Below are positions 19,324 through 28,422 of a DNA stretch of 64,000 nt, one piece after another. Both the position numbers and the translations under genes were made by a program. The first letter of the stretch is position 1; every line of letters begins with the position of its first letter. Location of the stretch: assembly GCA_963663895.2 (NCBI GenBank), contig CAXXRD010000001.1:416001-480000 (forward strand), given 5' to 3'. Under the pieces are notes generated by a model, which saw only the letters and a list, made by a program, of their open reading frames with translations, was not told the DNA's origin and did not search any database. The stretch comes from Dehalococcoidia bacterium. Lineage in GTDB: Bacteria; Chloroflexota; Dehalococcoidia; Bin125.

Positions 19324-20403
19324 ATGAAGGTTGGAGTTAACCTCCTCCTGTCCAACATGAACGATACGCAGTCGGACTACGAGCTATGGCGGGAGCACAT
19401 GCGGCTCGCCGATATGGTGGAACCGCTGGGGTTCGACTCGCTCTGGGGCGTGGAGCACCACTTCACCGACTACATCATCTCCCCGGACATTCTGCAGATG
19501 CTGAGCTGGGCGGCGGGGCGGACGGAGCAGATCGAGCTGGGCACCCAAGTGGTGGTCATGCCCTGGCACGATCCGCTGCGGGTGGCCGAGCAGATCGCCT
19601 TGCTCGATAACCTGTCGGACGGGCGCTACATCTTCGGCTTCGGACGCGGCGCGGCGCGGGTCGAGTTCGACGGCTTCCGCGTGCCGATGAACGAGGCGCG
19701 CGGCCGCTTCATCGAGGGCGCGGAGATGGTGCTGCAAGCGTTCGACAGCGGCTACGCCGAGTTCGAGGGCGAGTACATCAAGCAGCCGCGCGTGCCTCTG
19801 CGGCCAGCCCCGATCAAGCCGCTGCGGGACCGCGCCTACGCCGCCGCCATCTCACCGGAGACGATGGGAATCATCGCCCGGATGGGCGTGGGGATGTTGA
19901 TCAACCCGCAAAAGCCGTGGGATACGATCTTGAGCGAGCTTGAGGACTATCGCTCGACCTTCCGGAGCGAACACGACCGGGAAGCGCCGCCGCCGGTCGC
20001 CGCCGTCTTCGGCTACTGCGATGCGGACGCGGAGCGCGCAGAGGCGATCGCCACGCAGTACATGGGCGAGTACTACACCTCAGCCCTGCGGCACTATGAG
20101 TTCACGGGCGATCACTTCAGCTCGATCAAGGGATACGAGTTCTACGACAAGATGTCCCGGATCATGAACAAGGTCGGGAAAGAGGGCGCGGGGAACTTCT
20201 TCCGCGACCTGCAGCCTTGGGGCACGCCCGACCAGTGCATCGAGAAGATCATGGACCAGCAGAAGAAGATCGGCTTCGACCATCTGACGCTGAACTTCGT
20301 CTTCGCGCATCTGCCGATGAAGGACGTGGAGAACAGCATGAAGCTGTTCGCGCAGGAAGTGCTGCCGGTGATCAAGCAGATCGGGGTGGGGGCGCCGGCC
20401 TAG
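19324..20403 (+). CDS. LLM flavin-dependent oxidoreductase, paralog 3
   Basis: GFDSLWGVEHHF, PWHDPLRVAEQ; GGAGG RBS. Confidence 0.9.
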   Translation: MKVGVNLLLSNMNDTQSDYELWREHMRLADMVEPLGFDSLWGVEHHFTDYIISPDILQMLSWAAGRTEQIELGTQVVVMPWHDPLRVAEQIALLDNLSDGRYIFGFGRGAARVEFDGFRVPMNEARGRFIEGAEMVLQAFDSGYAEFEGEYIKQPRVPLRPAPIKPLRDRAYAAAISPETMGIIARMGVGMLINPQKPWDTILSELEDYRSTFRSEHDREAPPPVAAVFGYCDADAERAEAIATQYMGEYYTSALRHYEFTGDHFSSIKGYEFYDKMSRIMNKVGKEGAGNFFRDLQPWGTPDQCIEKIMDQQKKIGFDHLTLNFVFAHLPMKDVENSMKLFAQEVLPVIKQIGVGAPA

Positions 20404-20602
20404 CCACCACACGAAAGCGGGCTCTCCTGAGCGCGCGGGCTTTTCGCGTGATGGCTTCCCGGCGCGCCCAGGGAGCGACGGCGTCTCAGCCGCCGCATCC
20501 GCTGTCCTCACCGCGCGGACGGGCGCACGCTCCGCTCGGATCCGTACGCTACTATGCGGCTACCGGGCAAACCGATAATCCCAGGTGGCAGGAGGCTACT
20601 CG

Positions 20603-21679
20603 ATGAAGGTCGGACTGAACCTTGTCTTCTCGAATCCGGGGCACGTAACGGACCAAGAGCTCTGGCGGGAGCAGCTGGCGCAGGCCGACCAAGCCGAGCC
20701 GCTCGGCTTCGACTCGGTCTGGGGCGTGGAGCACCACTTCACCGACTACATCATCTGTCCGGACGTGCTGCAGTACCTCACGTGGATCGCCGCCCGCACC
20801 GAGGAGATCGAGCTCGGCTCGCAAGTGGTCGTGCTGCCCTGGCATGACCCGCTCCGGGTGGCCGAGCAGATCTCCCTGCTCGACACGATGTCGAACGGCC
20901 GCTACGTCTTCGGATTCGGCCGCGGGGCGGCGCGCGTCGAATTCAACGGCTTCCGCGTGCCGATGGAAGAGTCGCGCGGTCGCTTCGTGGAAAGCGCGGA
21001 GATGATTCTGGCGGGGCTGGAGAGCGGCTACTGCGAGTACGACGGCGAGTACATCAAGCAGCCGCGGGTCCCTATCCGGCCGACGCCGTTCAAGTCGTTC
21101 AAGGGACGGACCTATTCGGCGGCGATCTCCCCTGAGTCGATGGGGATCGTGGCGCGACTGGGAGTGGGGATGCTGATCAACCCCTCGAAGCCGTGGGACT
21201 TAGTCGATCGGGAGCTGGCCGAGTACCGCTCGGTATACCGCGAGACGCACGGTCGGGAGGCGCCGCCGCCGGTCGTCGAGATTTTCACGGTCTGCCATTC
21301 GAACCCCGAGCGCGCGGAGGAGTTGGCCCGCACGTACCTCGGGCGCTTTTACAACACGATCCTCCAGCACTACGAGTTCGCCGGGGACCACTTCGACGCG
21401 ATCAAGGGCTACGAGTTCTACGGAAAGATGTCCAAGATCCTGCAGAAGTCGGGTGAGCAAGGCGCGACCGACTTCTTCCTCGAACTACAGCCCTGGGGCA
21501 CGCCCGACCAGTGCATCGAACAGATCGAAGAGATCCATAAGAAGATCAACTTCGGGCACCTCAACGTCACCTTCGGATTCGCGGACATGCCGGCGGCGGA
21601 GGCCACGGCAGGCATGCAACTCTTCGCGCAGGAAGTCCTGCCGGCCGTGAAGAAGATCGAAGCGGGGGCGTTGGTCTAG
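20603..21679 (+). CDS. LLM flavin-dependent oxidoreductase, paralog 4
   Basis: GFDSVWGVEHHF, LPWHDPLRVAEQ. AGGAGG RBS before ATG 20603. Confidence 0.9.
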   Translation: MKVGLNLVFSNPGHVTDQELWREQLAQADQAEPLGFDSVWGVEHHFTDYIICPDVLQYLTWIAARTEEIELGSQVVVLPWHDPLRVAEQISLLDTMSNGRYVFGFGRGAARVEFNGFRVPMEESRGRFVESAEMILAGLESGYCEYDGEYIKQPRVPIRPTPFKSFKGRTYSAAISPESMGIVARLGVGMLINPSKPWDLVDRELAEYRSVYRETHGREAPPPVVEIFTVCHSNPERAEELARTYLGRFYNTILQHYEFAGDHFDAIKGYEFYGKMSKILQKSGEQGATDFFLELQPWGTPDQCIEQIEEIHKKINFGHLNVTFGFADMPAAEATAGMQLFAQEVLPAVKKIEAGALV

Positions 21680-21770
21680 CCCTTCACGACCGAGAGGCGC
21701 CCCGGCGCGCTAGTCACGGCGCGCCGCACCGCAAAGCGCCTGGGAGGATGTGTGAATCGCCTCGCGCAGG

Positions 21771-22565
21771 TTATTCCTGTGGGGCGGCGCCGTTGGTGAT
21801 GAAGTCCGTGAGAAGGGCGGCCAACTCGCGCGGGACTTCCCAGGGGATGAAGTGCCCGACTCGATAGAAAACGTGCAGCGCCGCGTTGGGGATGCGGGCA
21901 TGGTCGGCAAGGTTGGAATCGCGAAGGAAGTCGCGGTCCCCTGCGACAACAAGCGTGGGCGCCTGGATGGTGGCGAGCTGGTCGCCGATGTGGAGTCGTC
22001 CCATCTCCTCCCAGGACTCGTCGAAGTGGCCGTTTGAACAGGCGAGCGCGTCCTCCACGTAGCTTTCGAAGAGTTCAGGCCGGGGGGCACGCGTCCACAT
22101 CCCTCTGCTGACCTCCGGGTACCGTGACGGATCCTCTCGGGCGGAGCGCAAGGCCGCGAGAAACTCGGCGGCCCACGGCTCACCCACCCAACCGTCCGAA
22201 GGCGCCGGCGCGATCAGCGTGAGACTGCGTAGTCGGTCGCCATGACGGAGGCCCATATGCATGCCGGTGACCGCGCCCATGGAAGTACCCGCGTAGTGAA
22301 AAGTCGCAACGCCAAGGGCGGTCATCGCTGCCGCCACATCGTCCGCGTACTGCGCGGGAGAGTAGCCGGTGGGAGGAGCGTCGCTCTTGCCGGCACCGCG
22401 AAGATCGAAGGCGAAGACGCGGAGCGCATCCAGGGGAAGATGATCGATGACGTCGCCCCAGACGCGCAGCGAACTCTGGAACCCGTGGATCAGCACGAGC
22501 GGCTCGGGTCCCGTGCCCGTCTCGCGGTAGTTGAGCTCGATCTGGCCAGCTTGGACGCGCGGCAC
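21771..22565 (-). CDS. Alpha/beta fold hydrolase
   Basis: LIHGF, DLRGAGKS, nucleophile elbow GTSMG, GDRD, GHF. Confidence 0.9.
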   Translation of the reverse strand: MPRVQAGQIELNYRETGTGPEPLVLIHGFQSSLRVWGDVIDHLPLDALRVFAFDLRGAGKSDAPPTGYSPAQYADDVAAAMTALGVATFHYAGTSMGAVTGMHMGLRHGDRLRSLTLIAPAPSDGWVGEPWAAEFLAALRSAREDPSRYPEVSRGMWTRAPRPELFESYVEDALACSNGHFDESWEEMGRLHIGDQLATIQAPTLVVAGDRDFLRDSNLADHARIPNAALHVFYRVGHFIPWEVPRELAALLTDFITNGAAPQE

Positions 22566-22775
22566 GCCTCACCTCGCTCGGCTGCTTAGCCTAACGTGTC
22601 TCGACGAATGCCATCCACGCGACCGGCGCCACTGCGCCGCGCCGTCGGCGGGGCGCGGCGCTTATGGAACACGAGAAGCCGCCCCCGCCGCGCGATCCGC
22701 TGCCCAGCCGCCAGACGAATCTACGGCCGGTAGGAACAACAAGAAGACGAGCGCGCGGACCGGTAGACTAGCGTC

Positions 22776-23096
22776 GTGGAAGAGATCCGCGATTACGCTC
22801 TGATCGCCGGCTTCATCGCGCTGACGGTGCTCACACTGCTTGCGCTGGTGATAGTAGGCGCGATCGGGTATCTATCACTGCGAATCCTCGGCGCGCTCAC
22901 CCGCTTCATGGAAGGACGCGTTGCCCCGGGACTCGCCGGAGCGAATGCGCGGCTGGAGGAAACGAGCAAAGGCGGGCCTGCTGTGATTGTCGACCTTGCA
23001 TTGCTCGGTTTTGGCGCTCTCCAGCGGGCCCGCGCCGCGTGGCAACCCAAGCCGAAGCCGAGAGAGCGTTCCGGCTTCCCCTTCTTCTCCCGCTGA
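22776..23096 (+). CDS. Small membrane protein, hypothetical
   Basis: Long N-terminal hydrophobic helix; fills the gap directly upstream of the ADH gene. Confidence 0.55.
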   Translation: MEEIRDYALIAGFIALTVLTLLALVIVGAIGYLSLRILGALTRFMEGRVAPGLAGANARLEETSKGGPAVIVDLALLGFGALQRARAAWQPKPKPRERSGFPFFSR

Positions 23097-23106
23097 TGCA
23101 GCTCCC

Positions 23107-24189
23107 ATGAAGGCGGCAATCCTACACGCGGCGAAAGCGCCCCTCACGATCGAAGAGGTAACGCTGCGCGCACCCCGCGCCGGCGAGGTGCTGGTGCGCA
23201 CGGCGGTGAGCGGCGTCTGCCACACCGATCTGCACATGGCCAACGGCCACTGGGAGGTCGAAACCCCAGCGGTCCTCGGCCACGAGGCCACCGGCACAGT
23301 CGAAGCGGTAGGAGAGAACGTGCGCTACGTGCGTCCGGGGGACCGCGTGTTGCTGTCCGGGATGCCGCTCTGCGGTCGCTGCAACTTCTGCCTGTCGGGG
23401 CGGCCCTACCTCTGTCGCGATGAAGGCTTGCGTGAGCTTACGACGGACCGGTTGAACTGGAACGAGCGGCCGGTCACGCAATACTCGTTCGTATCGTCAT
23501 TCGCCGAATACATGCTGACCGTCGAGACCGGCGTGGTGAAGCTTCCGCAGGCCATGCCGTTCGCAGAGGCAACGCTCATCGGCTGCGGCGTGATGACCGG
23601 CGTGGGCGCAGCGTTGTACACCGCGCGGGTCCCGGGCGCCGCCGTAACGGCGGTGATCGGCTGTGGCGGGGTAGGGCTGAGCATCGTGCAAGGCTGCCGG
23701 ATCGCGGGAGCGAGCCGGATCTTGGCGATCGACCTGCTAGACCATCGGCTGGAGCTGGCACGCGCGATGGGCGCAACTGACGTGATCAACGCAGCGAAAG
23801 TCAACCCCGTCGAGGCAGCGAAGGAGCTTACCGCGGACGGAGTGGAGTTCGCATTCGAGGCGATCGGCAACGTCGACGTGGCCCGGCAGGCATTCGACAT
23901 GGTGCAACGCGGCGGCACCGCGGTCATCGTGGGCGGAATGCCCGCCGGGGCCGAGATCCGGCTGCCTGGACTCGATTTCCTCTGGGAGTCGAAGAACGTG
24001 ATCGGCTGCCTGTACGGCAGCACGCGTTTCCGGGAGCACATGCCGAAGCTGATGTCGCTCTACCAGCAGGGCCACCTCAAGCTGAGCGAGATGATCGGCA
24101 AACGCTACCGCCTCGACGAGATCAATGAGAGCTTCCAGGCAATGGCGCGCGGCGAGGTGCTGCGCCCCATGATCGACTTCCCCGCCTGA
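23107..24189 (+). CDS. Zn-dependent alcohol dehydrogenase (class III-like)
   Basis: GVCHTD, GHE, CGRCNFC...C, GCGVMTG, GCGGVG. The start is ATG 23107 (MKAAIL). Confidence 0.92.
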   Translation: MKAAILHAAKAPLTIEEVTLRAPRAGEVLVRTAVSGVCHTDLHMANGHWEVETPAVLGHEATGTVEAVGENVRYVRPGDRVLLSGMPLCGRCNFCLSGRPYLCRDEGLRELTTDRLNWNERPVTQYSFVSSFAEYMLTVETGVVKLPQAMPFAEATLIGCGVMTGVGAALYTARVPGAAVTAVIGCGGVGLSIVQGCRIAGASRILAIDLLDHRLELARAMGATDVINAAKVNPVEAAKELTADGVEFAFEAIGNVDVARQAFDMVQRGGTAVIVGGMPAGAEIRLPGLDFLWESKNVIGCLYGSTRFREHMPKLMSLYQQGHLKLSEMIGKRYRLDEINESFQAMARGEVLRPMIDFPA

Positions 24190-24199
24190 CGGTACCGGC

Positions 24200-25072
24200 A
24201 TGCCCAAAATCTTGATCCCGCTGGATGAAGGGCCCGCCTCCGCAACGACGCTGGCGGGCGCGCGCGCGATCATGGGGAACATGCCGTGGACAGTACGGCT
24301 GATCTACAGCGGCCATGACCCCGAGGGAACGATGCGCACCCACATGGATACCGTCGCCGCGGATCTCAAGGAGGAGGGGCATTTCGTCACCGTCGTGATG
24401 ACGGCCGGAGCATCCGACGCGGTCAGCATGCTGCAGCGTGCGATCATCTCGCCTCGCATGGACATCGTTGTACTGACGCGACAGGAAAGCGGGGAGGGGT
24501 GGCTCGATGCCGAAGTACCTGTTGCTATGGCGCACCGCTCCCAGTTCTGTCCGGTTCTGATCATGCCGGCCCCGCCGACGCTGGAAGCAGCCGCGTCGTA
24601 CCAAGTCGGACATCTGCTGGTCGCGTTGGACGGATCCGCGACGGCGGAGCTTGGAATCGATGTAAGCCTGACCTTGGCAGAGCGGCTGGGCGCGCGCGTC
24701 ACCGTCATGACGGTGGCAGAAGCGGGAAAGGCGCCAGTGAGTCAGGCAGAGTCGCCGGCGATCGCGACAGCTGCGGACGCGGAAGGCTACCTGGACGGAG
24801 TCGGGCAGCGATACGCGGATCGCGTGCAGTTCGCGCGCGTGGCCCGCCAGACGAGCCAGCCGATCAGCGACGCGCTCGCCCAGGAAGCACGTCAACGAGG
24901 CGCGCACTTGATCGTCATCACCAGCCACGGCGCCAGCGGCGTCCGCAAGAGCGGCTTGGGGCAGGTCGCCGAAGCGCTGGCGCGGACGGCACCCGTCCCG
25001 GTGTTGATCGCCCGGCCGATTCCGACATCGCAGGTGCGCTTCGGGCGCGGGGCTCTGCTGAAGAGCCGCTAG
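24200..25072 (+). CDS. Tandem universal stress protein (USP)
   Basis: KILIPLD..., LLVALDGS, LIVITSHGASG..KSGLGQVAEAL...PVPVL. Confidence 0.85.
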   Translation: MPKILIPLDEGPASATTLAGARAIMGNMPWTVRLIYSGHDPEGTMRTHMDTVAADLKEEGHFVTVVMTAGASDAVSMLQRAIISPRMDIVVLTRQESGEGWLDAEVPVAMAHRSQFCPVLIMPAPPTLEAAASYQVGHLLVALDGSATAELGIDVSLTLAERLGARVTVMTVAEAGKAPVSQAESPAIATAADAEGYLDGVGQRYADRVQFARVARQTSQPISDALAQEARQRGAHLIVITSHGASGVRKSGLGQVAEALARTAPVPVLIARPIPTSQVRFGRGALLKSR

Positions 25073-26013
25073 CCACCGCGTCGCACCTCCACGCCGGCCA
25101 TCGCCTCGAGTGCTCGTACGAGAGCCTGCGTTCCCTCGTCCTGGGCGTCGTCAGCCTCAAGAGCGTGGAACAGCTGGTGTACGAGCGCGGTACCGGGGAG
25201 AGCAAGCTCGAGCTCCTGAGCCGCGGCCAAGGCAAGGCGCAAGTCCTTCTGTTGCAGTCTGATCATGAAGCCGGGAGCGAAGTCACGGTCGAGGACGCGG
25301 GGCGCGAGATTGCTGAGCATCCACGAGGCAGCAGCGCCCGACGACACGGCCTCCAGCATCTTGGCCGGATCGACGCCAGCCTTTTGCGCGAGCACCAGAC
25401 ACTCGCTCATCGCTAACAGATGGATCGCGCCCGCCACTTGGTTGCAGAGCTTGACGGTCTGGCCCGCTCCCACCGGGCCAACGTGCACGATCGTCTTGCC
25501 CAGCGCCTCGAAGAGAGGACGAGCACGTTCGACGACTTCGCGCTCGCCACCGACCATGATCGCGAGGGTGCCCGATTTGGCGCCGCCCTCTCCTCCTGAG
25601 ACGGGCGCGTCCAACATCGCGACCCCACGTTGGGCGAGCCGGACGGCCAGATCGCGAGTGACCGCGGGGCTAATGGTGCTCATGTCGATGAAGACCGCAC
25701 CGGGCCGGAGCCCGTCGGCAGCACCGTCCGGACCAAAGAGGACCGCCTCGACATCGGGGGAGTCGGTGACCATCGTGATCAAGACGTCGCTGCTTCGTGC
25801 GACGGCGCGCGGGCTCGCGGCCTCCGCGGCGCCATTCGCAAGCGCGGCCTCAATACCAGGACGACTGCGATTCCAGGCGGTAACCGGGAATCCACTCCGC
25901 AAAAGGTTGGCGGCCATGGGGAGGCCCATAATCCCTAAGCCAATGAAACCGACGCGAACCTGGCTGGCAGTCAAGAGCTTCCTCACTGATGGCTCGCCCA
26001 CGAACGGGATCAT
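25069..26013 (-). CDS. NAD(P)-dependent 3-hydroxyisobutyrate dehydrogenase / tartronate semialdehyde reductase family
   Basis: VGFIGLGIMG, DMSTISP, LDAPVSGG, KLCNQ, KDL. The start is uncertain (26013 or 25986). Confidence 0.9.
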   Translation of the reverse strand: MIPFVGEPSVRKLLTASQVRVGFIGLGIMGLPMAANLLRSGFPVTAWNRSRPGIEAALANGAAEAASPRAVARSSDVLITMVTDSPDVEAVLFGPDGAADGLRPGAVFIDMSTISPAVTRDLAVRLAQRGVAMLDAPVSGGEGGAKSGTLAIMVGGEREVVERARPLFEALGKTIVHVGPVGAGQTVKLCNQVAGAIHLLAMSECLVLAQKAGVDPAKMLEAVSSGAAASWMLSNLAPRVLDRDFAPGFMIRLQQKDLRLALAAAQELELALPGTALVHQLFHALEADDAQDEGTQALVRALEAMAGVEVRRGG

Positions 26014-26129
26014 CGCGGGATGAGGCAGTGTTACCACCGAGTAAAATCGGCCACAAGCCACAGGCCGGCAGCATGCACTCATCCACAATAGACCGTGAAT
26101 CGGTTATGCTTGGTTTGTTCGAAAACTGA

Positions 26130-26265
26130 ATAGTTGAGTGGGCCGAATCCCTTTTACCAGGGAGCGGGGGACCCGACTTCTTTGGGGTGAATGGGGCGGA
26201 AACGTCCCTAGGCGTAAACCCTTCGCGCCGAACCCGTCAGCTAACCTCGCAGGCGATCGAGGTGG
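26130..26265 (+). ncRNA. c-di-AMP (ydaO/yuaA) riboswitch aptamer
   Basis: Conserved elements in the expected order: GCCGAATCC (26142), GGGGGACCC, TTTGGGGTGAAT, GGGC-GGAAAC-GTCC hairpin, TAGG...CCTTC, CCGAACCCGTCAGCTAACCTCGCAGGC (ends 26254). A TATGCT -10-like hexamer lies at 26105. Confidence 0.88.
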
Positions 26266-26281
26266 TACCGCGTGTCTCCAG

Positions 26282-26314
26282 ATGCCGACTCGGCCGAGCC
26301 AGTCGGCGTTTTTT
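26282..26314 (+). terminator. Intrinsic terminator (riboswitch expression platform)
   Basis: ATGCCGACT (26282-90) pairs with AGTCGGCGT (26301-09), followed by a T6 tract. Confidence 0.8.
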
Positions 26315-26315
26315 G

Positions 26316-26720
26316 CGCCCGGTTTCGGTTTGGCTCGCTCTCTAGCGTGTGGGTATCAGCGGCATCTTGCTGGATGCCGCCGACCATGAAAGGGACAGGG
26401 TTCTCGCTCTCCCTGTCCGCCTCCTGGCCAACCCGGGTCTTGTGCCCGGGTTGGTTACGTTAAGAGAGAGTTCGGCCGGGGCTTATGCAGGCAAGCACCG
26501 CGGACGCGCTTAGCAACCGCAAAGCCCCTCCGTAAGGCCCAAGGACGCGTCCGCTGCGTCTACAGCAGGCCGCACGGAAGAACGTACGTATAGCCGTCAG
26601 GCCGGTGTGCAGTTCCCACCGCACAGTACCTGGCGGCTCAAGGACGCGCCGCCAGGGCCCTTCATAGAGGCCGCAACCGGTCCGGGGGTCGGCGTTGCAG
26701 TAGACCGGGAGGGGCTGCGC
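26316..26720 (+). ncRNA. Candidate structured non-coding RNA of unknown class
   Basis: At least five perfect 8-10 bp stems, a closing stem and a potential pseudoknot; no convincing ORF. Strand is assumed from the upstream riboswitch. Confidence 0.45.
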
Positions 26721-26737
26721 ACGCATACTCCGCCATT

Positions 26738-27568
26738 ATGCGGACCGATCCGCTCGCCTCCTTTCCGAAGCGCTCAGTTCGTTCCGTGCCGGCGATTTCG
26801 AGCGAGCAGATGCGCAAGGTCGATCGGCTCGCGCTTCGCGATGCCGGCCTCTCGCTGCCGCAGTTGATGGAGAACGCCGGGCGTTCACTGGCACGGGTCG
26901 TCGACGCCTACCTACAACGAGGCAGTCCGGCGGAAAGCGGGGCAGCGCCGCAGAACTCCGAAGCGGCGCGGCACAAGCCGATTCTCGTGCTGGCCGGCAA
27001 CGGCGGCAACGGGGGCGGGGCACTCGCCGCCGCACGTCATCTCCGCAACTGGGGACAGCCGGTCCAAGTGGTGCTGAGCGCGCCGCCCGGCAATCTCAGC
27101 GAAGCGACGGCACAACAGTTGCGAGCGCTGCACAAAGATGGCCTGCGGGCACTCTGGCCGGCCGCTCCCGAGTTCGACGCGCGCTTTCCAGAGTGGCTGC
27201 AGGAAGCAAGCCTCGTCGTGGACGGCTTGATCGGGTACGGCCTGCGCGGGCCGCTACAGGGAGATCCAGCCGTGTTGGTGGAGGCAGTGCTGGATCGAGC
27301 GCCGCCAGTAGTCGTGTCGCTAGACGTGCCCAGTGGTTTCGATGCCAGCAGCGGGGCGGGCGCGGCGAGTGGCGTGGTTGCGACCGCGACAGTCACACTG
27401 GCGCTGCCGAAGACCGGCCTCTTGCAAGGCGATGGAGCCGCCGCGGTCGGCGAACTCCTGCTCGCCGATCTCGGGATTCCCGCCTACATCTACGAACGGC
27501 TCGACATCGACGGTGTCCGGGGATTGTTCGCATCGGGGCCGATCCAGCACCTGGTCGAGGAGGAATAA
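26738..27568 (+). CDS. nnrE: NAD(P)H-hydrate epimerase (stand-alone YjeF-N)
   Basis: QMRKVD, LMENAG, GNGGNGG, VVDGLIGYG, SLDVPSG, TVTLALPK, LADLGIP. Confidence 0.9.
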   Translation: MRTDPLASFPKRSVRSVPAISSEQMRKVDRLALRDAGLSLPQLMENAGRSLARVVDAYLQRGSPAESGAAPQNSEAARHKPILVLAGNGGNGGGALAAARHLRNWGQPVQVVLSAPPGNLSEATAQQLRALHKDGLRALWPAAPEFDARFPEWLQEASLVVDGLIGYGLRGPLQGDPAVLVEAVLDRAPPVVVSLDVPSGFDASSGAGAASGVVATATVTLALPKTGLLQGDGAAAVGELLLADLGIPAYIYERLDIDGVRGLFASGPIQHLVEEE

Positions 27569-27569
27569 G

Positions 27570-28304
27570 CTATCGCCCGGCCCGTGCTCGGCGAGCCTCG
27601 CTCCACTCGACTGCGAATCTCTCGGCGCGGCCTCCGTCGCTTCGCGCGTAGCGACAGCGACGGCGCATGGGGCAGCGATCGCAAGCCGGCCGGCGGGCCG
27701 TGCAGAGCTGCGCGCCGAGATCCATCAGGCCTTGATTGAAAGCCCACCCGTCGCGGCGGGGGAGCAGGGCGCTGGCGAGAGCCCAGAGTCGATGCTGCCG
27801 ATCGGCAGGCGAGTCGTGTTTGGGCAGAGTCCCGGCGAACCAACGGGAGAGGACACGAGAGACGTTCGTATCCACGATCGGCTGGGGCCGGTCATAAGCG
27901 AAGGTCATGATGGCGCCAGCGGTGTACCGCCCGACGCCCGGCAGATCCATGAGTTCCGCGCTCGTCTCGGGGAGACGACCGGCACGATATTCGACGGCGT
28001 CATCGGCAATGCGCTTAATCCAGCCGCCTCGCACCTTGTAGCCGAGGGGATCTGTCACCGCCTTGACCTCCTGCAGCGAAGCGTGGGCAACGTGCTCGAT
28101 CGTGGGGAAGCGATCGAGGAATTCCTCGTACACCTGAGCGACACGCGGAACCTGTGTCTGGTGCAACATGATCTCCGAAACGAGGATGCGATAGGGGTCG
28201 CGCGTCCGGCGCCAAGGCAAGTCGCGCCCGTGCGCGCGAAACCAGCGCAGGAGGTTGCGGCGGTAGTAGCGCAGGCGCGTCGGATCGATGTGAGCCTCTA
28301 GCAC
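27570..28304 (-). CDS. mutY: HhH-GPD A/G-specific adenine glycosylase, short form with 4Fe-4S cluster
   Basis: RDLPWR, VSEIMLHQTQV, LPGVGRYTA, VDTNV, CTARRPACDRCPMRRRC. There is no C-terminal NUDIX-like domain. Confidence 0.85.
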   Translation of the reverse strand: MLEAHIDPTRLRYYRRNLLRWFRAHGRDLPWRRTRDPYRILVSEIMLHQTQVPRVAQVYEEFLDRFPTIEHVAHASLQEVKAVTDPLGYKVRGGWIKRIADDAVEYRAGRLPETSAELMDLPGVGRYTAGAIMTFAYDRPQPIVDTNVSRVLSRWFAGTLPKHDSPADRQHRLWALASALLPRRDGWAFNQGLMDLGAQLCTARRPACDRCPMRRRCRYARSDGGRAERFAVEWSEARRARAGR

Positions 28305-28422
28305 AGGTCTAGCGGAATCCTAAAAGGCCACACATGCCGCGGCCAGGACCGTCCACGCATCCCCTAGACTCGCGTCTAATGTCCCGCGTACCCGTTCTCG
28401 CCCGCCCGCTGCGACAGCTTTC

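Noticed and set aside
26272-26463. 63-aa GTG ORF after the riboswitch with a GAGGTGG RBS-like sequence
   Set aside because: It runs through the terminator and three perfect hairpins and has no protein-like features. It is not fully excluded; RNAcode or Ribo-seq would decide.
26316-26720. Identification as RNase P RNA, tmRNA, SRP RNA or a group I intron
   Set aside because: By eye, neither strand shows GAGGAAAGTCC, tRNA-like ends, the SRP CAGG-GNRA-AGCAG motif or clear P7 elements.
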